Source: Takakia lepidozioides | Lineage: Eukaryota > Plantae > Bryophyta | Assembly: GCA_030704615.1 (NCBI GenBank) | Contig: CM060733.1 | Span: forward strand, 23,622,001-23,686,000 | Length of the DNA stretch: 64,000 bases | Direction of reading: 5' to 3' | Shown: positions 37,688-51,310 of the stretch, piece after piece | Layout of the letters: each line of letters starts with the position of its first letter | Position numbering within the stretch: position 1 is the first letter of the stretch | Notes under the pieces: generated by a model | The model's input: only the letters and a program-made list of their open reading frames with translations | What the model was told of the DNA's origin: nothing | The model's database searches: none | Position numbers and translations under genes: made by a program

Positions 37688-38706
37688 TGTTAGAGGACTG
37701 TCTGGGACTTAGGCACTTTTACGGATCTGTGGGGTACCCTTAATTTTTGCACAGACTGAGACCAACAGGAGCCTTAGGGGTGACAGCAGCGCACTTTAGG
37801 GGGGGGGTTACACAGCCTGTCACAGCCAACACAGTCCGTCACAGTCCGACACAACCGACACAGCCCGTCACAGTCCGACACAGCCCGTCACAGCCAACAC
37901 AGCCCGTCACAGTTCGACATAGTCGACACAGCCGCCACAGCCAGACACAGCCGTCACAGCCAATCACAGCCCGACATAGCCCGTCACAGCTCGACACAGC
38001 CGCCACAGCTTCGCACAGCCCTACACAGCCCGACACAGCCTTACACAGCCAGTCACAGCTTCGCACAGCTAGGGAATAGTTATCAATGGCAGGGAACGAC
38101 TGTGAGGGAACGACATCTGCAAAAGGAACGTGTACTACAGGGATGACGGTTAGCCAGGAAAGCGGTTAGAACAGCTTGTAGGGGGATAAAGTCAAGAACG
38201 GGGACTTCTGGGGAATCACTACTGGAAGGACTTTGGGGGGGGGATCACAACTTGGAAATGAAGCAGAGAGCGCATCTCTGAGCAGAAAGAGGGAGAGCAC
38301 GAAGTAGGAGGAGAACGATCTGTTGATACTTACTGAATGCAAGAAGTAGAGTTGTAATGTAGAGCAGAATAGAGACACCATGGCTTCAGCCTGATACTTG
38401 ATAGATATTAATCTGATACATACTTCATACTCACACTGTGTAGAGAGACCTGAGTGAAGCTGTGGAATGAATGGATGGAACTTGATAGATTTCTGAAGCA
38501 AACTGATACTTAATTGCAGATAGTAAGGTAACTCGCTAACATGAATGCGGGAAGGAGTACAAATAGGAAACACCCCCATGATACACTAGTTGTAGGTCAT
38601 GACTGATTGTTCTGAGCGGGCTGAGTGCTTAGAGATTTCCAACTCTTCTATCTTGGAGTTCCCACCTCGGATAGTGAAGGGATGGGTGAGTAAAAGCCTC
38701 GCAACA
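37688..38706 (+). repeat. 3' LTR of a same-family element in the opposite orientation
   Basis: TGTTAGAGGAC...GCAACA, preceded by PPT GAGAAGGGAAGGGG at 37671-37684. Inverted copy of 36566-37544. Confidence 0.85.
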
Positions 38707-38769
38707 CCAATCCATGGTGTTTGTGGACCCGTCTGCACCACATGCAGTGGAGTAGTGGCAGTGACCTTG

Positions 38770-41300
38770 CCATGCTTTAGGGTTCATTCCTTATGATGTA
38801 GAGACAGATTGACTGTGTGCTAATGAAGGCACGGTTGTATGATTCACCTGTTTGTTAGTGCTTCAGAAATGGATTGTCATGTTGTCTTGAACTCAGTTTC
38901 CAGATTTTGATGAGTTCAAATGGCACTTCGTGAGGGTCACCATGCCATGCCCTTGGTGAATGACTTTGGGCCTTGGTGGCAGTACATATGCAATATATCT
39001 TTGTGGGTTCCGTGTCCTCTGATGCTAGCATGGCAGGAGAACTAGTGCGCATGCATTCGAAAATGGATGTGATGCGGATAGTTTTAAGAAATCCATTATG
39101 CCCAATCACAATTTCATAATGTGTCACAAAGCTCCCGAATGGATATTTCTTTGCAGAGGTTGTCACATGCAATCACATTGAAAATAGAAGGGATATGTTC
39201 TCACTACATGGATTAAACTGTTCCTTCTGCATCCTACGTACTGGCTGAGTGGTCATCACGAAGGCTGGCAGACAGGGGCTACTAACACGCATTTCTGCCA
39301 TAGAAAAGGCCAAGTCATCCATGACAGTGCTTTCCTTGGTGTTGGTGTCATGAACAACGTAAACACGCACTGCCGTCATGCCCAAAGACCAAGGGCATTC
39401 CATAGCATCGCGTGTATCCGCAAACTATTTTTTCAAGCGCATCTTGAAAGCTCCCTTGACCAGCAAGCTACTCCCAGCCATTTCCATGCAGTTCTTCATA
39501 TCCGTGATGCGTTGTTTGCAAAAGTGACTATGTGCATCATCCCTATTTGCGTCTGCACCATTCATCCCAACATCTTTCATCCAGTCCCTCGTGCCAACTA
39601 CACTGTTCATGGCCCCAAGAGTCACGTCCTCCTCAGGTGGCAGTTGTGCCCACATCCCTTCTCCCCTCCTCTATGTCACACCGACGCAATAGGCATAGAG
39701 ATTGGGGCCCTGCCCTGCTACTAACCCCTCGGCACAGGTACGGTGACATGCTTCTTGGAGAATGGTTATGTCTACGTCTGCTACATGAGTATATGCTATT
39801 AGGACGTCAACGACAATTACCATTTGGTGCACAATTTACAGAGTTCCATGGTGTTTTTTTGAGCCATGCTGGGGTGAGAGTCTGGATTGTCCTTCCGCAT
39901 GTAAGATGCCCAATTTGCATGCTGCATTATGGAAATCCGAATGGATCGGACCGGACTTCCATCGGTGGACATGTAGAACGTCATCGTGGAAGTTGGTTTT
40001 ATGAACATGTCGAGCTTGATCACATTGTTGATCACCTCATCAATGCTGATGCTGCTGGAACTGCATGATGGCGGTGGAATTGCATATTTGATTCTGTGAG
40101 GGAGGTTCGTGCGACTTCTGAAATCCTTGTCAAATAAGATGAATATCTTCCCCACCCTGTTTTTTCCTCCTGATGAATGGACGCCAGTGAATGTGTACTG
40201 GGAAAAGAGGGTGTATATAGAAAAACTTTGATTTTTGACTACAGTCCGAAAGTGCAAACTTTATTGCAGACTTTACTGTACATGCAAGCAACCTGCATGC
40301 AAGCCTACCCACCTTGGAGACTTACTGCCTTGCTCTCATTTTGATATGTGAATGGTTTTCGTTAAGATAATATTGATAGGGGTCCAGATTGCATTCTGAA
40401 TCATGCATCGTGATTGCCCTTAATCATCAGTGGAGCATGCGAATTGTGCTCACGAGAAACACCTGAATACTGACATCATGGCCACGCGATCTTTGGTCCT
40501 ATGGCCCACAAGGAAACATAAAGGGAATCACACCCTTGGATTCCAACGCACATGCATGCAAGCCTGGCGACCATGCAGATTTGCTACCTCGCTATGGCAT
40601 GCACAAATGTAAAGCCTGGACATAGGGCCTTGCTCTCAAAACCATTCCACGAGGACATATTCCCCATGGGTTGTTCACAGTGAAGTCATTGTAGAGAAAA
40701 AACTGTCATTGTAGAGTTAAAAATGTCATCATACATCACACAATTCCAGAACGTTTTCAAATGTCATAAAGAACTTCCTAAGAGAACCCTCCATCATTCA
40801 ATGGTGCATGAATGAGCATGCAGGTCTTGTGGCGTAGCCATGGAAAACATCGGGGACATCCTCATCGTCCCCAAGACAGTATGGTTCGCCATGGCTTCTT
40901 GTCTGCAATTCCAGCAATACAACATCCCCAATTTCCTTCTTTTTGTTGACAGTCTCATGCAACGGAAACCAATGCTTGTTGAGCTGCAAAAACTTTCCAT
41001 GGTGGATCAGGATCAGAGAAGGGACAACGAACACAATGTCAATAATTGAAACACATACTATGAAAGGCTGGAGATGAACAATTAGAAACGTACCGGGCCT
41101 GCACCTCCAGTCCGTGGATGTACAAATGTTTGAGTCAAGTAAACATCTATGAAATGTGCCGTGAAACAACCACACTCCCAATTAGACTTCTGTTGGGGGA
41201 CACGGGGATACAACCAGAGTGGGGGGTTGTTGCATTCTTCCATTGCAGGCTAGGTGGTTGTAATCCTCTGCAAAGTGCCCAGAAACGTCCTAACAATGGT
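38770..41300 (-). pseudogene. Degenerate coding-like region of unknown family
   Basis: Chained minus-strand ORFs (38855-40257) separated by stops and intron-like gaps. No motif recognised. Confidence 0.25.
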
Positions 41301-41310
41301 TTGAGCATCC

Positions 41311-42861
41311 TGTGAGTGTAGAAGAAGTAGTTAGTCTATACTCAGATTAGGTGTTACTATTAGTTAGTAGCATCTAGGAGGTATGAACAGTTAAGACTCT
41401 TGGTTCTAGATTTGAACAGATAGATCTAAACAGGTGTGTTTGAGATCTCAAGAGGTGAACCTCTTGCACTGTGTAAACTCTGAGCTCGGGGGAGAAGCCA
41501 ATCATCTTGTTCTTGATCATAAGGCTTCTATGGTTGGGAGGAGAGCTCCACTGTCTAATAAAAATTCTCCTTGTTATTTACTATATGGTATCAGAGCCAG
41601 CTTAGATCTGAAGTAGAGAGAGAGATGGTCTTAGGACCAGATGAGTGGAGAGAGAATCCATCTATGTAATTAGTGAGAGTAGGCTCTCATGACATCATCA
41701 CCTCTTTCAGGTTCAGGGAACCATGGATCTAACTTTAACACGTTAGATGCTAGAGTGGAGGATAGATTTGATGGGACTAATTATCATACTTGGAAATTTA
41801 GAATGGATATGATCCTCCTAGACAAGGACTTGTGGTCAGTAGTTGATGGCACTTTAGTGAGGCCAACCACAACCAATGGTCAACCTGCATGGGACAGGAA
41901 AGATCAAAGGGCTAGAACAAGTCTTATAACAAGTCTCAGAGATAATCAAATGCACTTAGTAACTAGTGCTTCCACCGCAATGGCGATCTGGGACAAGTTG
42001 GCCACAATATTTGAGACTAAAGATGTCACGTCAAATGTGTTTGCCACTACTCGTTTTTATAGTCTAAAAATGAGTGAAATAGAGAGTGTAGAGTTACACT
42101 TGAGTTCCTTCAATGTCTTGAGAAGACAACTAGAAGCAGTAGGAACTAAGGTTTCAGATGAGCATGCAACAGTAGTGTTGCTTGGGTCATTACCAGAGTC
42201 TTATGAAGGGTTTGTAGTGTCACTAACAGGGCAAAACAACCTATCGGTGGATAATGTCATAGGGCTATTACTTAAAGAGGAAATAAGAAGAAAATGCCAA
42301 ACATCTACACGAGTAGATAAGGCATTATTCTCTGGAAAGTTTGGTAATAAGAAGAAGTCTTGGAAGTCCCCTCAAAAACAAGAGGTAGGAGAATCTAGTG
42401 AGTCTGGATATAAGAAGAAGTCTAAAATAAAATGCTTTTACTGTAAGCAGCCTGGTCATATGATCAAAGACAGCAGAAAACGAATGGCGGAGGAAAAGCA
42501 AAATGATGAAGTAGGTCATACTCTTGAAGATGAAGAGGAGGATGAAGCTAGTGATGAACAAGTAAGTCCACTTCTGCGAAGGTCACGAAGGGAGAGAAAA
42601 GTTCCCGAGAGGCTTATCATGTCGATGACAGCTGTTGAAGCCGTGAGAGGAGAAAACACTTTTTCACCTGTTGTAAAAATCACTTCAATAAGAGTATTAA
42701 TGGCATTGGCAGCCGAGAATGATTTTGATGTCCATCAAATGGATGTCAAAACAGCGTTTCTCAATGGCTACCTACAAGAGACCATTTACATGGATCAGCC
42801 TCAAGGTTTTATCAAACCAGAGACCAGAGACAAAGTCTGTAAGTTACATAAGACGCTATAA
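41311..42861 (+). mobile_element. Internally deleted Ty1/Copia element (5' LTR about 41311-41585, tRNA-iMet PBS, gag fused to an RT fragment)
   Basis: PBS TGGTATCAGAGC at 41586. ORF 41689-42861 has FDGTNYHTWKFRM, LLGSLPESY and CFYC..GH, then TFSPVVK..QMDVKTAFLNG..YMDQPQGF. No protease or integrase. Confidence 0.9.
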
Positions 42862-44531
42862 ATATATTTGTTTTGCATTTTGTTTGGGTTGGAATTTGAA
42901 TCGGAATTAGGTTAGGCATCATGTAGTTCTATTGCGGACCATACATTTTAAGTAATTCTGATAATTCACAAAGGGTACATTACATTATGTATGTATGGCT
43001 CGTCAACGAACCAAGCCCTTATCTGTTTCTGACCTTTAAACCCATCATAGATCCGAGACAACCTTCTTGGTACGTCCGAACCTACAAAGTTCGGCGAACT
43101 TGCAAGTTTTGAGTATATTCTCATATGTGAATCTAAAGAATTTTGGCCACTCTCACACTCACCAAAGTTCAGTCCTCTTCTCCTAGAGGGAGAAGTGGAT
43201 TATTCTTCACGGAGCTCGATTTCGATGGCTGGGCCCTGGGAACAACTGCTCACGTGAAATATGAGGTCCAAATGTCTCTTATGTTATATCATTATCTTTT
43301 TATTCATTACTATTGTAGGACTTCATTGCTCTAAATGTAGATACAACTCTAAATGGTTGTAGTATATGTTGGTGATAAGTAGGTCACCATGTTAATTATG
43401 AAGAATATTGGTCATTCAAAAGATTGGAGGTTGTCATGAATTCCAAGTGCCAACTCATATGTCAGGTATTTTCGCTCTTGTACTAGGTTTTGCGACTCTA
43501 TCTTATTCCACGGATGCCATGATGATTTTTTTGAAAATTGTTTTGACAATTTTTTTCAGATTAGTGGCAAATATATTATACTAGACGATTGTTTTTATGA
43601 ACTAAGGCGCCCCCAACTTGCACTTATATATGAAAATATGTGTATGGTAAGGTTCCCTTGAGGTAACCTTCTTTGATTTGATCAATCATAAGATTAATGA
43701 GGACATGGCCTGAGGTCTTTAGGGGAAAACCAAAGATAGGCCCGACGAAGGGAACCACGTATATGCCAATGCAATACCCTGTCAGCTCGTCGCCACGTCA
43801 CCCTCAAGCATTGGCACCACAACTATTCTTCTCATCACCGTGGTTGTCTTAACACTATTAATAAAGGTTTAAGACAATAATTGGCTGAATTTTGCTTGGG
43901 GATTGTTCCTAAAAAACAAAGACAAAAACTTGATTAGTCTTAAAAGAGGATGTACAAAAAGGGGTGAAGTTCTTATTCAAGGACGCCTCGCCCTTTGTCA
44001 TGACCTCTAAATCTAGGAAAGTTCAAGGGCAAGAACTTTATCTAGCAAAGCTCAAAAACTTACTATTTAGCCCTATTTTGCCGGATTTTGAGAAGGCCCT
44101 AGCTAAGGATTGTAGTCCATAACCGCTTGGGGCTAAAACAACCTAATGCAAAGACAAATATTGTGATTGGGATGTCACTATATTTACACTTGGAAATTTT
44201 GTGTAGTGCTTTATATTTCACGTCAAAGTAAAGTTGACATGAGAATACTAACAGCCGGCACGGCACGAAATCATGTGCAACAACTATTCTCTATGACCAA
44301 ACAAAACTTGGGTGGCCAAAAATAATGACTCAATGACAACACTTAACTTAGCAATATTCTAGTCTACATCACATTGTTTTGGTCCTCTCACATATTAGCA
44401 ATAAATAAGATTGATCGTCACAACTCACACACATGTCTAGGCACTCCTTACTCATTTTGACTTCCTCTCATTGTTACAATTGTTCTAAAATCCCAAGTTA
44501 AGAAAAAGTTTTAAGGCGGGAATCAGGTGCC

Positions 44532-45493
44532 ATGGCTACACTTTCGTCACTCTTGAGAAGTTTGGCACTGGGACTTGTAATGGCATGCGCTATAGGCAAC
44601 TACATAATGTCGAAAGTTGAGTGCTTCCCACTAGAAAAATTCAATACTATTGGACCATACTATTGGATGGATGTTCTTTTCTATCCCAATCAAACTGATT
44701 TTGTAATAGCAAGGATCAATGGAACGGCAACCCAAGATAACTTTGGAGCATTCCAAATCTTTAACGATCCTCTCAGATTGGGTCCCAATGCAAATGACAC
44801 ACTTCTAGGCCGTACTGAAGGCCACTTAGCACTTGTGAGTGTTTAACTTCCATATATCAATATTACAATGGTCATGTCTATAATGCACAATATGCTTAAT
44901 TTACATGTACCACGACTGTTCATGTGTAGATTTTGCAAAACTTTACAAATTCAGTGTATTCAAGTATTGAAGCTTATAGGTTTTTCTTGTTCCTTGTTTA
45001 TGTAAAATTACAAGCTTACATTTAATTTGCATGCATATATGTCTATCTACTTTTATTGAACCCGTTGGTGGATCACAAATTAACAAACTAATTCAATAGA
45101 TTTGCAAGAGTGTAAAAATAAAAAATAATAATAACTATGTTTCGAGTTAAATATGTAAGATCCAACTTTTGCAACTTTCATAGTACATATTGTTTACAAG
45201 TGAATATTGTAAGACTCACCTATGGGTTTCTGGCTCTAAATTATCTACAGAGCAGCTTCGACGCACTTGATGGACCAATACAATTCACATTTGTATTGAA
45301 CAATGGCACCATCACCTTTGGAGGATACTTGGCGTACCCTTATGACAACCGCTATGGAATCATTACGGGAAGTGGTGCCTACAAGAACATTATTGGGGGC
45401 TACACTGATACGACTTTTAGCTCGTTCGGCCTTGGCTTTGATCAGCTAGTACTCAAGGGCACTGTTTATTACACCACGTCCCATGACTACTAA
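44532..45493 (+). CDS. Dirigent-like secreted protein, 181 aa (exons 44532-44834 and 45251-45493)
   Basis: Signal-peptide-like N-terminus, NFG.F.IFNDPLRLGP...LLGRTEG and GIITGSGAY matching dirigent motifs, and a phase-0 GT-AG intron that gives an intact frame. Confidence 0.8.
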
Positions 45494-47094
45494 ACTCTTG
45501 ATCAGCTTTTGATAAGAGATGCAGTGCACTTTCAATTTTTTTGATGAAGTTGCTTGAAGGTATTGTGATTGAAATTTCATTGTAGTCATGGCTGGAAACA
45601 TATCATCTACTGATTTATGTAGTGATTTGTATGTCTTCACATCCATAAGTTATATGGATATTTAGAAAATAAAATAAAATAAAAGAGGAATAGGGAAAAT
45701 AGGGACATCCATAGCTCTGAGCATTCAGTAGCCTTATAGAAATTAGCATAGTTAATTGCGAAGTCTAGCATGCTGTCTAATCATATTCAGTTGGATTGGA
45801 GATAAACCATCTTTTAGGACATTCTCACAACACTTTTACTTCAAATCCTTGATGCTAGGTTAAAAAATTGGAATCATGGTGTAGTTCCGAGCACCAAGAC
45901 ATTATATTGTAACTTTATGCTGTGCTCACTCAGCATGTCAACCCCATTTTCAACTTGATGAGTAACTAAGTTAGTTTTTCTACATAGAATGATATTTCTT
46001 CCATCAAACCAAAGACTAGTTTCATTGTATCGTAAGTAAGACTCTACTACATCGTACACAATGGACTACATGCAGTCAAATAAATGATTGTACGTTAGTG
46101 ATACATATTGTCATTTGGTTCATGATTCATAAACTCATAAGGTGAAAATAATTGAAATACAAAATAACATGACATGTGCGACACGAAAGTTATGAATGAG
46201 TTGGAAGACTTTTGCCGAAGCAAATGTAATTTATGGTGTCGCTTCACCCCGAATGTTTAATGTCTTCTATTTGAAAGGTGAACAAATCAAATCAACCATG
46301 TTCAATTCTTAAGCGGAGGTTGGTATCGCGTGAACACAAACTGACATGAGCAAGATACCACATCAACACAATCCATGGTTATAAGGGTAATATGTTTGGA
46401 AATGGAATTAGAAATCATACGCAGACATATGGCATAGTATCAATAGGGTTAGTTACATAAATACTAAGGTAGCCTGTGCCATTGGCCCAAGTGTCTGGTG
46501 TCATTTAAGTCCAAGTGCAATCCCCTATGTGTCCAAGTACATCTCCTATGTCGAGGCCCGTGTGTGAAGAATTTGCTATTTTTCACGAATTTCCAGTGCA
46601 ATCTCCAATGTCATTCCAACACTTAATTTTGTAATTTAAACCCTATTTTAACTAATTATGGACTTTTGGCTTAAATCCATACCAAACTTAATATATAGTT
46701 GAATTAAAATTAATTCAAATGTGTGATTGAACTTTGTGAAATTACAGGTGATGTCATACTTGCTTCAAAATGTGACATATAAGATGTCCATTTGACATTG
46801 AAGTGCTTGTGAAGTTGCAGTACTGAACAATTCATTGAACGTCCATTGAGAAGTCGAATGATGTAATATTACATTATGTAATCACGATAAAGAAATGTGT
46901 CGAATCGAACATGGGGTAGACTCCTACTCTACCATACTCGATACAACTTGATAATAATTTTGATTGAATCTTCATGTTGACAAGCACAATATTCAGAGAC
47001 AATGCCATTGGAATGATGTTTTGGGTGTGAGAATGGCAGTAAAATATTAAAATAGCTTGAAACATTAGGAAGATGACCTAATAGGGTAGTAAAA

Positions 47095-48320
47095 TAAGGT
47101 TTGGGGTGTAACTAGATATATTAAGTGCAATAAGGTCCAAGTTTGTGGTGAGGAGAAGGGTTTAGGGTTTGGATTTAGGGTAGAAAGAGAAAAACAAATA
47201 TGAAAGACTCACCTCCGTAGAGTTTAAAAATGTAAGGAGAATTTGATATCCATGTAATCATTCTATCATACGTTATCCAACAAAATTAAAGAAAACATTA
47301 AAAGAGAAGATACATTTACAAGAGGTAACATGGTAGTACAATAAGGTTTGGAGTTTAAGTAGGGTACTACACTAAGGTTTGGTATATGGTAAGAGTAATG
47401 GTTTAGGGTGCTAAGGGTCAAGCTTAAGCTTAGGGTAACAATTAAGGAAAGGGTAAAGGGAAGGGTAAGGGTTTAGGGTTTGGATTTAGGGTAGAAAGGG
47501 ACAAACAAATATGGAAGACTCACACATGGTAGTGTAAGTAGGGTAGTACACTAACTTGGATTTTGGTATATGGTAAGAGTAATGGTTTAGGGTAGTAAGG
47601 GTCAAGCTTAAGCTTAGGGTAAGGATTAAGGCCAAGGTAAAGGGAAGGGTAAGGGTTTAGGGTTTGGATTTAGGGTAGTACACTAAGGTTTTTGGTATAT
47701 GGTAAGAGTAATGGTTTAGCGTACTAAGGGTCCAGCTTAAGCCTAGGGTTAAGGGGTGATGGTAAAGGTACAAATGGACAAACAAATATGGAAGACTCGC
47801 ACTCACTAGAACTTGGTGTGTATGGTAAAAAAATGAAAATAAAAATAGAGAAACGAATATTATGGAAGAGTCATTGAGACGGACAAGTATTTAAATTAAC
47901 GACTCGTCGTTGGAACCTGGTCTTAAGATACATAGAAAGCACACTAGTATGCAAAGGTAAGTGCATGTGAATCCAAAACAAACGAGAAAAGTAGCGCAAA
48001 AAGGAAGGGAGAAGAGATTTGGATTACCATAAGGTCCATAACCATTATTGGTTATGGTATGGATAGTACAATCCTATTTGCAAAAAGAATGGTAAGGGTT
48101 TAGAAAAAAATGCTTAAGGGTCTTTTAGGGTAAAGGGTGTTACTAGGATAAGGGTTTACTAAGGGTTTTGGTTTAAGTTAGAAATCGACAAACAAACATG
48201 GAAGACCACTCGCTAGATATAGACTCGCTTAGAGGAGGAAAATGAGGAGAACATGAGAGGTATAAGTTAAGGAGTGGCAAATTGAAAAGTATGGCAATAA
48301 TGATAGGGTAAGGGTCCTCT
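47095..48320 (+). repeat. Degenerate TTTAGGG/TAAGGG-rich interstitial repeat block
   Basis: Repeated GGGTTTAGGGTTTGGATTTAGGGTAG and AAACAAATATGGAAGACTC modules. Confidence 0.7.
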
Positions 48321-48789
48321 TAGTGGGAGACCTCAGTTGGAGACTTGGCTTTGAGTCAAGTGCAAGCATTGAGAGACGGATTGGAATTGGCACAATGACG
48401 GGACATTGGAAAAAAACATTTAGACCGGATTGGAAAAGAAAGAATCCAGGGGTTGTGCCAGCATTTTTTTTTTTTGGTGCACTGTCTGTTTTGTAAGTCA
48501 GAATCCCTCACACGAATATTTGTAGATGAACAGAATGTACAGCAGTGCAGAGTCCAGCACGCAAAAAAAAAAGATTGAGAACATCCACTGGCCACTCGAG
48601 GTTAAGTGCGACAGAAAAATAAAACAAGAAGGATCCCCAAACGCAAACACGAAGGAAAAAAAACATAAAGAAATTTTTATATCTTAAAACAAAGGACCGG
48701 AAATGACCTCAACATTTAGTCCACGGACGGAAAATGGTTCGCAAGAAGGTAACCTTCAAGTATCTGGCTGAAGGTTAGCCTCATCCAAA

Positions 48790-49950
48790 TTCGCGTACGC
48801 CCTCACTGCTTCCATCGCTGTAATTCTCTTTGTGCTATTTCTTGTCGTATTTTTTCGCGGCATTGTCCACACGACATTGTTCACGTGGATCCATTGAGCA
48901 GGATCTGACGGGTTGTACTCCCAAATTTTTTACCAACAATCCATGTACCTCCAAGTCGGAGGGGTTACCTCATTTCTTCGGTCTCCACCACTCCACCTTC
49001 ACTTTCTTAAAATAAGGATCCTCTCTTTCTCGGATGACATCTGAAATTGCCATTCCCATCCAGATCGGGCAAGTCGTTGGGTCATGAGGGCGAACGAGCA
49101 CAAAAAATCCTTTCTCAATATCCTTGAACGGACTCAAGGGTATCATTGAACGCTCGCACCTAGGGCCATAGAAAGGTTATGGAACTTCATCCTCATCTTC
49201 TATATCATGCAATATCTGTGGCTGGATGCCATCCCTCCGATGGTTTGGGAGATTTGGAGTTTCGTCAGGGTTGGACTTCCACATCTTAACGCTGGAGTTT
49301 TTTTGAAGCCACTCCGAATCAGTAACTGACTTCTTGTACTTCATAACGGGCCAACCATCCGCATCCTTAAAAAATCAAAAGACGTGCATCTCCGAGATCT
49401 CGACCAAAGCCTCATTTCCATCAAGAATACAATCCTTAACAAACTTCTTAAAGTCGGGAACCTCCTGAATAATTTGAGGAATGAATTGCATATTTTAGGA
49501 AATGATGAATGACCTCATCAAATCCGGAAGAATATAGGTGTTGCGTTCCTTTAGGTTCTTCGAGAGATAGCTGAAGAATCCGTCAATATCCTCATGGGTG
49601 TACCCGACCATGAGAACCTAGCTGGATCTCTGCAAAGACATCTTTGGCAGTGAGGAGGGATAGGAAAGCAAGCATCCATTTGTTCTTATTGTCCTTGGCG
49701 GAGTTGTCCATCTGCTAATAAAGTCGTCTAGGAAGTGGTCGAGCACCACATTTATCTTGCGGCCTGCAGGGTTTCAGAGCCTCCAACCATCTCGATTTAC
49801 CTTTCATGAGCGCTTTAAAGAAATCATTTTGAACTGAAGTGTCAAAAATGTTCTTGGATTCCCGGTATGTCGGCTTTTCAAGTTGGCACAGGCACCGAGC
49901 CAACGACCCAATTGTGAAGTTTGAATTTCCCTTCCAGAACTCAAGAAAAA
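48790..49950 (-). pseudogene. DDD/E-type (Sola-like) transposase relic
   Basis: Manual translation PLPRRLY*QMDNSAKDNKNKWMLAFL...LMVGYTHEDIDGFFS, with stops and frameshifts. Confidence 0.7.
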
Positions 49951-50730
49951 ATTGAGCGTGCGGATTATGACCTTCCTATCAAACAACGTCTTCATTGGAA
50001 TTATGTTCCGAGGTAATCCCTTCATTATATGTGCATTCCATTCAGGATGTGGAGTGCTCAAGGGACAATTTCCATTCCGTTCCCCTATGGAATCTGGACA
50101 AAGACAATGACGAAACAATTGCAACTTCTCGACTTTCCGACCCTGCAGTGTTGGCGCAATGTTCTGCACCAAGGAAGCGGCATAGAGCCCCCAAACCATT
50201 TCCATCTCTTATACAAATCGGTTCCACCAGAGAGCAGTCTGTCTTCAAAACAAAGCAGACTCGAGGAAAAAAATGAATACCTCGGACATACCGGGGTCTC
50301 GTCAAAACACGTCCGTTGGGATCCCAAGTCCGTCAGCAAGACATTCTAATAAGGCTACATCGGTATTATTCGATATCATTTCTTTACTTTCTTCTCTTTT
50401 GTGTTTGTTTGGTTCTGCACTAATTAACTCCATCTTTTATCAACAGGCTGGGATGCAACACGATACCTTCGTCAATTTCCCTCCGTACAAGGTACTTTCT
50501 TGAACCTCCACTTGGCAGTCGACGTTCCTCTTCTTCGCAATATTTTCCCTCCTCTCGAAACATTTCAACCCGCAACACGTATAGGTTTTGGCCACTTATT
50601 GCACGTTCGTATTGATGTTCCATACACTAAATCATTCTGGGTCATGGGTATTTTCATGGCAGAAACACTATTGTCAGTGTGTGATTAACTTGCTCAGGAT
50701 AACTTTATCTCTCATCATTTACATGCAACA

Positions 50731-51310
50731 GCGGAGAAGAGGAAACAGATGTTGTTAATTTTGAGTGCCAACGGACTCCTCTGCTATCGGCCACCCCCAA
50801 CCGGCGGTGAACTGTTTAAGGAGAAATTTCGTTTCAGGAATGTGACACTTCAAGTTCCTGACGGACCGTTTGTGGTGCCTCGGCCTGGAGTCTTAGAGTT
50901 TTTGGACCTTGCATTGAAGCATTTTCACGTGGCCATTTGGTCATGCGCTGATAGAGGTGTTCTTTGTAAGATGTTGGAGAGCTTCGTCCCCCGAAAATAA
51001 CGAAGAAGTTTTGCTTCATATGGTCAGCCAAGGATTGCAAGGATACTACCGGTTATATCAGGTCCGGGATGAAATATCCCGTGAAGGATATTTGCAGTGT
51101 TATTGCCAAGTTCATTGGTAGACCGTTTGCTATGCATGGGCAAAAACTTCTTGTAGATGATGAGCCATTAAATGGCCTGCGAAACCCACAAATACTGGAT
51201 TCTTCCCTTTCTCATTCAAGCCATCACCAAACGGCTTGCGTGACTGGGATGATATGACAAAGGTAGTGTGGCCATACATATCGGAGATGGCTGGAGCTTC
51301 AACAGTCGTT
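50731..51310 (+). pseudogene. FCP1/NIF-like HAD phosphatase-domain relic
   Basis: LLILSANGLL..RPGVLEFL..FHVAIWS..LLVDDEP..LRNP. Frameshifted, and the catalytic DxD is absent. Confidence 0.65.

Noticed and set aside
47095-48320. True telomere or chromosome-fusion site
   Set aside because: No run of perfect TTTAGGG units and no head-to-head arrangement.
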